Assembly (NCBI GenBank): GCA_002633005.1
Contig: NMRA01000775.1
Coordinates: 89,467-153,466 of the forward strand
Direction of reading: 5' to 3'
Source: Phoronis australis
Lineage: Eukaryota; Animalia; Phoronida
DNA length: 64,000 bases
Shown: positions 42,001 through 54,000 of the stretch, piece after piece
Position numbering within the stretch: position 1 is the first letter of the stretch
Layout of the letters: each line of letters starts with the position of its first letter
Program-made: the position numbers and the translations under genes
The notes under the pieces: model-generated
Databases searched by the model: none
What the model saw: the letters and a program-made list of their open reading frames with translations, nothing else
Told to the model about the DNA's origin: nothing

Positions 42001-45000
42001 TCTCAATTCTTCTCGATTCCAGCAATCACTTCTAGTCCCAGCGAGGAACCAGGGTGTTTTTATTTACTAGTAAGTTGTCCAAACTAAAACTTATTTTTAT
42101 AGGAACGACCAAAAGAGACGGGGGTAAATGAGTGCAAAAATCATTCAAATGTTGAAATCTCTTCAATTTCTCTGATAAATTAAAACCATCAAAACAGGTC
42201 AACATTTCTCGTAACTTACTTGGAGTTAACTCCTAGCTCCACTTCATTCAAGCCGACGACGTGCACCGGACCTGCATATTCTCTTCCTTCCAATTTGTCA
42301 CCCGGCAGTCTCTTGCGAAGAAATACACGGTCTCCTTTCAGCACAGATGGCCGATTTTCAGCTAAACCGGGGACCTAGATCAAATTAATTGTAAATGAAA
42401 ATAACTTAATACTTCATAAGCCAACATTATTTTGTATCATCTTAGTGATAGCTAGTCAGAGTTATCTCCAAATGGTACCACATAACATGCAGTATTTTTA
42501 GAAGAAAAAGCACGACATTAGGCCAAAAATGCATGTCGCAGCACACCAATTAATCCAAGAAAATTTAGAGCTTGATTGCCCCTGTGGTAACTTGAATCAC
42601 CAAAATATCCAAAACCTTCAAAAATCTTGAAAATGTGGCATAACTGTGCATTGAATTCTTTTTGGGGGGTTCACATTGCTACATAACAGTGCAAGATACG
42701 GCACCACTATACATGCCAAAAGACAGAGGTATGCATGACTGAAAATGGCTCTTTTGTTGACAGGTTAAAATTTGGCTATCATAGAAGGTAACACATTTAG
42801 TCAACTGTCTGAACTATTGTCATGTCAGACCTGTGTATGGGGTCTTTTTCATTTGAATTCGAACTTGAAATTATTAGGATTCCGCTTTTACTTTTTTGCA
42901 AACTCGGATAATTGTCTAACATTGTGTGCTGGAATATGTTATGGTTTATGTACTAGATGACCATCTGGTCCCAGTTTGCTCTTGATGACCCCAGCAATAA
43001 TGCTAGAAGGTGTTAGTTGGACTATAGACAATCAACTGAGTGAAAACTATTCCTGACCACAGAATAAAAAGAACTTAATATAGTGAGTTTGCAATACAGT
43101 AGAACAGAAAATGTCTTAAACAACGTTGAGTACAAAGATTAAACTCGGAGCTCTGGTTTTGGTTCAACTCAGCTATCCCAAAAGAGGGTGAAATTTCTGC
43201 AAAAGTCATTACCCAAAATATCACGTTCCCATGTCACTAGATGATGCCAACATTTAGCATCCCCCACAGATTATATTTAGATTCTTAAATCTAAAAACAG
43301 TGTTAATGCACACCATTTTTCATCAATTCTTTCTTATCATCACATTCACTAGTTAAATCATCAGACTGTTGTGCAATCACTGGTACATTCAAAGGATTCC
43401 TGCAAAAAAGTCGGGCGTCACGTCTGTGAAAGAAATAAATTGCTGCACTTTACCTTGCCAAATCAGCCCATGTGACACTCTGGAATTGAGTCGATTGAAA
43501 CTCACTCTAAATACTTTCACATCACAAAGTGATGCAGGTCAGAACTGTTTGTAATACTTATACCACTGAACCTCAATAGTCAGATATAGGTGCCCACAAT
43601 TTGAGAACCAGTCTGATGCCCGTTTTTAGTGGAGAAAACTGGTTCTTAAAATACAGGCATGTTATATGACTACTACCCAATAAACTGTTGGCAAATGAAT
43701 CCTGTCGCGTGTTACCACACCCATGCAATCCAAACTACCACACATTTATGTCATATGATCTTTAGTTACCTTGATTTATTCGATTTCCTTTACCGTTTCT
43801 GACTAACAGTTATGCAATAAAAATTAACTTTGAAAATTTGGTCACAAATTGTTCCTTGCTCATAATATTATCTAAAGTGATATCTAGACTTGAAAATAAC
43901 TGATGACTGATTAGTGCTGGAGGCTATCATTGTCTCCTTAGATGTCCTCCGTGGTCAAAAGCAACAATAACGTCATCTTCTAAAGCTCAGATATCGCTTG
44001 TTCTGAGTAAAATAAAAAACGGCCTATTTTATAACGTTCAGTGTTCCAGTGAGATGAAAACTTTAGGTAATTGTTTCTTAAAAAAAAGACAGATTTAGCT
44101 TGTTGATGCACTATTTTATTTTATAGTGCGTAAGGTTACGTCATACTACGTGTGTCTATTGGTTAAGCTTCTTATATAACAGACTTTCCGGTGCTATCTG
44201 GCCTTCTTGACATGAACCGCTATGTATACTGGTAACGCGTACAACGCCAACGATGTTTTATGGAGCCTAGAGCCTATATCATTGTAAGTTTATACTATTT
44301 TTTCGCATATTACCGTAGAATTCACTGGCTGTTTCTCGTATTGTGTAAGACTGTTTAGCCCATGCTGTATTACGTGGAATATCTTTATTGTATTGTAACG
44401 TGAACGCTGTATTTCCAAAGACTTATTATTCGTTATATTTGTTTCAGTGAAACCGGCCTTGTCGGACAGTAAGCATAACGTCAACCTTGTTGAAAATAAA
44501 CGTATCATATCCGACTATCCCGTGTGTTCAATGCCCATGGCTCCTACATAGCTTGAGTTCATATAGTACCTGGAGTACTAGTAGACGTCCAGATCGATTC
44601 TTTGTCAACGTAGCCTTCTCCATGTCATACTTCCTGATGTCCACAGACATTTGAATCTCCTCAATGTAAAGAAGTTTTTGGAATCTCTCCTGATGGTTGT
44701 CCATGGCAACGGGTTCTTTTAACATTGTCCTTTGTGATGCGGTATGGAAAAAATAAACTTCAATCGGAAACAATGGAAACAACAATGAGCACTCACAGTA
44801 AATTCAGATTTCATTGTTTAGTATGACATCATTGTGACGTTTTGGACTCGGTGAAATATAACTAAAATGTCAAAATCCAAAACAACAATAATTAGGCCAG
44901 CATTGCGTAGCGCTGTTAATTACTTATGCACTTTCTAAATTAATACCAGGTCATGAAAGATATCTATGGTAAACCTTCTCAACTCCACCTAGAGACTACG

Positions 45001-48000
45001 AGTGCAACCATTGCCAGAATATCCACATTTATAATGCAAACACATATTAAATTTGTACACGTTTCAAGTGCGACATTGTCCCCGTCATTACCTGAATAGT
45101 AAAAAATCTAATACCTGCAGACTTTTTGAAGCTATGATGCAACAGCCCATTTCTAATCCTATTTGTGGGTCCAATTCACATCATATTATAGTGAACTAAA
45201 CATCCAAATAGTCAGTTGATATCACCTTGGACTTAACACCTAAGGCAGCTGACACAAACATGACCACCTAGGGGCTCATACTAATTGGTTGCTCGGCAAA
45301 ATGCACACCCATACCTTTTCACCGAACCATGCTGAGTTGATACCAAACATCTGATTTACATATCCGTTCGTTAGTCAAAATGATACTGGTAAGGAAGGCT
45401 CATCAAGTCTATCCACCAAAAGCCTTCATCTGTTCAAAAGCCACTAAAGCCAAAAACAGCCTGCCAATTACTTTAAATGAAAAAGTTACATAAGCTCACT
45501 TCAAATAAGACAGCAGTTCCTCAAGCTTAGCATTTTCTAAATTCTTTTCACTGAATCCTGAATTTGCAATCCTGCGCAGTTCCCCTGGAATGCTGTAATT
45601 TTTCAATGGAATTTCCCTTTCTAGCTGAGAGCTATCCCTGTAACCAAGAACAACAATTATACATGAGCCTATTAAACCTCACCAGCAAGACACAATATGG
45701 CCAGCATGCGAAATTTTATTTTATCATTTTTTCACGCAACATATGCAATAAATACCAAATTAAATGGGCCCCTTGTTCGAGATTCATGTGGTCAGACAAA
45801 GTTTTGAAAAATTGCGGGGAGTCTTAACAATGTCAGGAGTCTGGTTGAAAAACAAAAAGGACAATTTTGGCATTTTGTCCAAAAACTGGTGAGATTTTAC
45901 CGTGACGTGAGTTCTGTGTGACATATTATCCAAAATTTCTTTGCTTTACTCTTCAACATTGAAGAGGACATTTTTAGTATCAGGAAGTATCGAGCAAAAC
46001 AAGGGCGACATGTGTTATGCCATATCAATTAACACCACAACAGAGGAAGCTGTCAAAACTACACCAGGAAAGAAAAAAATAAATTTAGACAGCATTACTT
46101 AGCAATAATAGCAGAGTGAGACATCAAGTACAATGTCCAATCAAATCTATTGCATTGCTATTGGGTCATGGTATATTTATGTGTCACTATGTTCCCACTA
46201 TAAACACCAGGGGGGGTTAGACGGACAGGAGATCAGTTTAAAAGTACATTACAGAGGAATCAGACCACATACGGCCCTGATGCAAAACATTGAGAAGTTT
46301 TTGGAACTGCAACGAAAACAAAATAATTTAAATTTTAACAGCCCACTACGACTTACAAGGGCACCGAAACACTTGCAATTCAGTAAAGACTTAAGGAAAT
46401 TATTAAAGTTTCTCTGATTAGCAGACACCAACAAGAACTGATGATGAAAAATAAGTCAGGGCTGTTCCAGCAAAAAATGTATGGGAGGGGGGGAAGGCAC
46501 TTTTCTTTTGTACCCACTGCCCATATTTTTATTATTTATTTCTCAAACCCATGACCCATAATTTTTAATAGGTTAAAATATAAAATCCAACACTTGCAAA
46601 CAAATAGCCTCCAGGAGGACCTGTTAAGAACTTAGATGATCGACAAACAAGAACTAGTTATCTTGTCCAACATTGTCAAAAACTAAAGTAGCAAAGATGG
46701 TGGTCGAATCAATACGAAAACGACTTCTGTCACCGCATCCATCCTTGCTACGTAATTTTGTGCCAAAATTCATCCACTTGTGCCGAGCACTTTTTGAGAC
46801 AATCAACCTTTCTTGTCAAAAACTAATTTGCCCCACAGGGGCTGCTACAGTAGCCAAATCTGTCCAAAAATCGACTGGTGCCAGTGCAAACCAGCCATCT
46901 ATCTCTATGCCAAATGTCATCAAGATCCGTCAAGGGGTTTCAAAGTAACTGGGGGTGCTGGCACATCCACGCCGATTACCTCTATACCAAATCTGATCAT
47001 GATCCGCCAAGCGGACAAAAAATGATAATGAAAGACGGACCCATAATTTTTAATTAGGTTGAAATATAAAACGCAGCTTTCGAGATAATCAACCTGTCTC
47101 GTCAAAAACTAAAATGGCCAAGAGGGGGTGCTATCAAGAGGGGGTGCTATGGTAGCCAAATCTGTCTGAAAATCGATTGGTGCTGGTGCATGCCATCCGT
47201 CGATCTTGATGCCAAATGTCATCATGATCCGTTAAGTAGTTTCAAGATAATCACTGACTTGAGCAGTCAAAAACTGGTTGCCACAGCAGTTGAATCCAGC
47301 GTCCAAAAATTGGTGCCGGCACATTCTTATGATATACTTCTATTTCAAATATCATCGTGATCAGTCAAGCTGTTTTTGAGATAATGAGCATACATGGAAT
47401 GGCTTGTCGAAAAGTAAAGTGGCCAACATGGGGTACCAAGGTTGTCAAATCTGCCCGCAAATCAACTGCTGCAGGCGCATCCTTTCCAAGTACCTCTATA
47501 ACAAATTCCCTCATGATCCGTTCAGTGGTTCTTGAGATATTTGATGGACAAGAAATCATAATGACAGACGGACCGAACACAAAGTTTTTGTGGGTGCAGA
47601 AAAATTCCATGCGAGATCACAACTCATATCAGTTACCAGAAACTTGCTTTTCAAAGACACCTGTGAGCAATACTTTTGGCAACCACCAGTTGTCTATGTT
47701 CACCATGTGTCTGTAATTTCAATAAGATTTTTATCAATTTCATAGACCTATGAATCTCACACTGTCTCCACGAACGCTTTTAGACTGCTGTGTACATATT
47801 ACACTCTGTACACTAGCAACTTATGGGCCTGTTTGTTTGGGTATTTGCCAAGTGAATTTTTGGTGATTTTTGATTTCTTTTGAGATATGTTTAGCAAAAA
47901 ATACCAACCTGTCAACATTTACAGGTCAAAAAATACCACCCAGTTTTAATGCCTTACTTCTTACAAGAACAACCATCCATAATTTGAGTTTTTTTCTGAG

Positions 48001-51000
48001 GACCACCACCCATGAATTTTCATTTCAACTACCATCCCCCCATCCCATACGGAATTTGGTGGAACGGTCCTCATACATTGTCAGAACAACATATCACACT
48101 ACACGACAAAATAGAACTAACTCGTCTTCCAAGGCCAAGCCTTCAATAGTTTTAGTGGCAGATTCACCCACAACTGGCTTAGGCTTGACATAAATGCCAA
48201 CTGGTTGCAAGTCGTCCACTGTAGTGTTCTTGACATGGGCCGCTATCTTACGAACAATCTTGATTTTGTCATCATCCAGACGTTCAAATGTGAACACTAT
48301 ATTAGCCAAGAAACTGCCAATAAAACATGGATTGATGGTCACCTGTACTTCATACATCGCATCTGAAATTGATTAGTTACAAACATGTTAATACAGTCTG
48401 GCTTTTACCTTAGTTACAACAAGTTTCAGTTTGAATGCTTCAAGCCAACTTATTCAGCCAGATCTCAAGCAACAACTACATATCAGCTCTTCACATGCCC
48501 CATGAATTGTCTCTAACTTAAGTAGGGAACAAGTTAAATCCAAATTCACCGCCATAAGTGTCCTATATCAAAAATTACAAGAGCAATGCGGAGCGTTGAA
48601 ATGCACCCATGAATGCCCTGCAAACGGTGTGCTTCTAGGGTCTTTATTTGTATCAAAAAACGGCCTCAAGATATTCCAAAATATTTTGAATCCATCAAAA
48701 AACTGGAAAATGTCACCGTTTTCTAACAGAAGGCTATTTACCACATTTCATGAAAATCTGTCCAAAAACTTAAGCAGAACAGAAAAAAATGAAATTGCCA
48801 CTAGGGGACAAAGGTTCATCGGATCCGTCTGAAAGTTGTCGTTTTCCATAGTCAATGTCATATAAATACACTTGCTAAATGTAATAAACATTCTGCAGAG
48901 GGCTTAGGATACACAGCTAAGGGCTCAAAAACTGCCACTAGGAGGAGCCACAGTAATTGAAGCCGGAAAATCACCGTCAACCGTCCTCTTCACACTAACA
49001 AATAAAAGCCAATTTTCACAATCCTCCTAAGATTGGTTTAGTTGACAGAGGGCAGACGGCAAAAACAGAGTAAAAAAACAGTAAGAAATGGCCACTAGAT
49101 GGCGCAAAAAAGTTGACTCCATCTCAAAACTGCAAAATGTCACTGTTTCTTTAAAAGAAAGCTATTTAACAAATTTCATGAAAATTCATCGAGGAACTTC
49201 AGAGACACAGAGGAAAATAGAAAAAATGAAATTGTCACTAGGGGGCAGTGTTAGTCGGACATGTCTGAAAGTCATCGTCTTCCGTTGTTAACTTCATATT
49301 AACACATTTACTACATTTAATAAAGATGCTGTAGAGCATTTAGGAAATACAGCCATGGGCGCAAAAACAAACAAAACTGCCACTAGGAGAAGGCACAGAA
49401 GGCGAAGTAGTTGGAATCATCGTCAACCGTCCTCTTCATAGTAAGAGCATACACGCCAATTTTCACAATCATCCTTAGAGTGGTTCGGTTGATGGAGGGA
49501 CGGACGCAAAAAAACAGTAAAAATGGCAACTAGGTGGCGCAAAATACCTCAAATCCATCCGAAAACGGAAGGAAAGCGTCATCTCGTTAATAGATGCCTG
49601 TGTGCCAAATTTCACGAAAATCGGTGGAGGACCTTTGAAGATATAGAGGCAAACGTAAAAAAATAAAAGTGCCACTAGGGGGCACAGCCGTATTTGGGTC
49701 GGTCCAAAACTCGTCGCTCTCTGGTGTCAACTCCATAGGAAAACATCTGCTAAATTTCATTAAGATCCAGCAAGGAATTTAGGAGATAGTCGCAGACACA
49801 GGACCCCCGGACGCCCAGACAGATATGGCGGCAATATGCACCCACATAAAATTTGTAGACGCATAAAAATGATATTTTAGAGGAGACAGATTCATAACTC
49901 TAGACTTTATGATTGATTTAATGAATTCATGCTTACTGACACATTAACAGTTATTTAGTGATAACATGAAAGCAGCTGACCAGCTCATGTTGATTGACAA
50001 GTACTACATGACAAACATATTACATTGACAGCCAATGAGAATTCTGTGACTGCCACATTTCTGAAAAAAGAATCTAAAATCACATGGAGACCATTCTCAA
50101 GCGTCGATACCTCCACCAACTTTCAAATAAGATATGACATCAGACAGCAATTTTATTGCAATTTTTATTTTCTAAAAAACAGTCTTATCTTACCTGGTGA
50201 CATGCGAAGTGTTTGCCCTTCTGTTGCGTTCAGTCGATCCGAGAGTTTATACACACTATAGTTTCGCAGAAATTTACACCCCGTCAGGGTCAGACAATGT
50301 TTTTTGCTCAAATTGTGTATATTCAATACAACAACCATGGGTTCCCCTTCATGCTTCAAATTAACTTCCATGTAATTCTCATCGATGTCATCACTGTCAT
50401 TTCCTTTTTTGGAAAATGACACCTTAATGTCACTCTTATTGTCTCGCAGGGATCTGCAATAAATTGTGATCACTTAAAGCGGCATTAAACATGTGAAGGC
50501 AACTTGAAAATTGCTCCACTTGCTCCTTGCTCAGTTTAAAAGTGATCTCTAGGCTCGAGATGAGCTGAAGATTCACATTTGTAATTTTTTTTCCTGAGAG
50601 ACAGTATAGGTTTAATGAGGTTTTAAATGTTATATAAAAAAGTTCTTCAATAAAATGCAAATTCGTTTCTAGAACCAAGAACTTAGAATCGTGAACCTTG
50701 GAAACGTAAACACTGAGCCAACTATTGGATGGTGGTGATTTAATGTGATATTATTGTCTGGTTATGGGTTTTAGCTTTTTCAAAATACATGGATTGTATA
50801 ATTCATTTCCAAACGCAGTTACCTGAGTACAAAGTAACATTTTGAAAACTATTTGAATGTCGAAATCTTCAAAAACCTTTACATCTTCCTCTGACTGACA
50901 AACACGATCAAACGCAAAAAAATACAAATGGTTTCCAATAAAATAGCTTACAAAAGTTGTGTACGTCTAAAATCTAGGATCCAAGTATAATGATCTTAAA

Positions 51001-54000
51001 ATGACACCAGACAACTTGTACTCTTATTATATAATCTTGAATCCTAGCTTGAATTCATCAATAACAATCAAACCTTACTTATCCTCATTTAACTTGTACA
51101 CTCGATAATGGAGGCGATGTTTCTTTCCTCTGCAATGTTCGCGTAAGGTTTTCAGTGAATGTGAACACTCGACTTTGCACAACTGGCAGTAATATCCGTA
51201 GTCGCTCTTTTTGATGAACTTTGGTAAATTCTCATCTGAGAGCTTGACAAGAAAATCTTCATCAAGTTCCGCCAATGCAACTGGAGCTTTCCTTGACAAA
51301 GACATAGCAAAGTGCTGATCCACTGTCACTCTTTTTCTGCGTTTCCCAAGACTGCTTGAAAAATTGACCACGCCATCATTAAACCTTTAACGATAAAATA
51401 AAAATATTAAATGATGTTTCTAATAAGGATATAAATCTGCCTGTCCATTACAAAACAACCTTTTTATTTTGACCAGTTACCAGTTAGGAAATTGGTTCCA
51501 AAATTCTCTTTTAACAAATTAGAGATGATTCGAGTTTCTACTTGGGAAGAACTGAAACTTTGTTACTGTTTGCGACTAGGCTCCACAAGTTGGCCTGTCA
51601 GGTTGTGTTACTATTATACAGCACACATCACGAATTTTTGTCCGACCAGTCGGAAATTGGTCGACGACGACCGGCCATCGACCGGTCGGCAAATTAGCCA
51701 ACCAGTCGGCTAAAAATTAGTCGACTGGCAGCCAGCCGCAGTGTTAAATCATAAGGCGACTCCCCATCCGATCCTTCAGCCGACCGGCCATCAGCCGACC
51801 AGCTGGTCGGCTATTTTTAGGCTAGAGTAGCAGTTGCGTAATAGGTTGTCAGGCTGATACCACTTTGCGTGTCAATGCATATTCGTCTTAGCACAGGGTC
51901 AAATAAATTAACCTAATTTTACTGTCTCCATCCGTTACCTGAGTAGTTCACCTCGGTTGTGTAACACAACTATTTCGTAAGCTGAAGGCAAGCGATAATA
52001 AAACAAATAAAAATAATTGCAGGCGGTCTGATACACGTTGTATCAGACGTGCGCAGGCATCGCATGTGGGCCCATTGCACTGATCACCTGGAAATATTTT
52101 TATGCTTTATTGATATATGGTTAAAACCGAGCTGAGGAGCTAGAAACCTGGCTCAAGGGTTTAGCAGTGTGACCTGGTGGGACTTGAACCCACGATCTCG
52201 AGTAAAGAAAGCGGGCACTTATCAACCAGGCCACACTGCCTCCTCCAAGCGATAATAGTGAACATTACAAGTTTTGGATAAAAAACGTGAAAGTTTTCTT
52301 CATATTTTATCTTTAATTTGACTCATGACGTTAACAAGTTGTATTAGATGGCTGCTTCCCGGTCAATACAACGCTGTAATCATTTTGTAAACATAGCTAT
52401 TTTTGACAGTCTTCACCCACAATTGATCTTTGCTTGTGTAACGCCAAACTGCATCTTTTTGCGTTTTTTAAGTTATTCACGGTTCTCCTATCACGCACCC
52501 ATGATGATGGGATAGTGAGTGAGTTGTTACACCACGAAGAGCTCTCACTCGGGGATTTTATTTTCATATTATTTACCCTTGCAGTACAGAAGCCAAATTC
52601 ACTGTCCAGTATGCCCTAAGCCCACAGACTTCGATGGCTCTAACTTCGAAATCATACTATGGTTACAAATTCCACGAACTTAGACGGTGACATCAAACAC
52701 GGAATGACCATTGTTGAGGCTACAGCCAAATGTAGCTTTGCGCATTCTGTTTTCATGTATCAGTGACATTAAAATCTGGGCTAGTTACATGAACACGTAG
52801 GCCCCTATCAGTTGGTCGTTTACGTTGTTCCAAAAGTAAATATTTTCTGTCAACAACATAATTATTGACAAATTATGTAAAATAAAACAATTGTGAACGG
52901 GAAGATGTGAATACGTGGTGAAGAGGTATTGGTCTCAGTGGCAGACCTAGGATACCATAATGGGGGCCCCCAAGATGTTGCCTCTGAGAATTGGGCAAAG
53001 CGCAATTGTATGCACAGGCGGCCCGGAAGTTGCAGGAGCTGGCGATGTGGACCTGGTGTTGCCAAATTCTTTCGGGGGACAAAAAAACGAGAACACATTT
53101 CCGCTGCGCCCCCCCCCACTAATATTCCAAGTGATTGCACTCGTTTCTTCACGCTGTTGCTGCTTTTTTCCTTGCACCAGCCAAGGGTGGCCTGGGCCCC
53201 CTCCCCCACCCAAATCGGCCTATGGGTCTCTACGCGACATATGGGCGTGAATCTTTGGTAAAGCGATTGCGAAGTCGAAAAAAATGATTGAAAATACATC
53301 AAGGTGCACTTTTTGAGAAGCAAAGCGTCTGGTAATACCAATAGCGTACGATCTGGCAACCTTAGGTAGTAAGTGACGCTTAATGACACCTGGCAACTAC
53401 ATGAAAATAAAAATATCATGCTGGNNNNNNNNNNNNNNNNNNNNNNNNNNNNNNNNNNNNNNNNNNNNNNNNNNNNNNNNNNNNNNNNNNNNNNNNNNNN
53501 NNNNNNNNNNNNNNNNNNNNNNNNNNNNNNNNNNNNNNNNNNNNNNNNNNNNNNNNNNNNNNNNNNNNNNNNNNNNNNNNNNNNNNNNNNNNNNNNNNNN
53601 NNNNNNNNNNNNNNNNNNCCCCCCCCTCCCCGAGTTTTGCACATTCCAATGAGTCACCACATGAGATATGGTTCCGTTTCAGTCCTAAAATTGCAGAATA
53701 ACTCTTCTGTGCTCAGCTGTAAGAAGACCTACAACGGTGCTCAATCTTAAAAAAATTTCAAGCATGAGAGCGCTTTATCAGAAATGCCAAGCACACGCAG
53801 CGTTTTAAGACAGAGACGTTGACGTTTCTGTATGTCCACAAGTTTTTTGAGCAGTGTGTACAAATTTGTTATTTCGCTTTTTTACACTGAGGAATTCGGT
53901 CAACACGGTGTTTTAAAAAAGTCCACTTTTGAGGGCATTTTCAAAAATAAATGTTTGGTTGATGCATTCAGTGAGTCGGTGCCCATGGGCGTACATCATA

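Noticed and set aside
52170-52246. tRNA gene (also at ~6190 and ~20350)
   Set aside because: A and B boxes are present but there is no convincing cloverleaf, and the sequence continues into a shared non-tRNA body in four copies, which indicates a SINE.
52862-53750. Long ORFs in the supplied track (up to 260 aa)
   Set aside because: They are artefacts of the N run and a GC-rich MITE.
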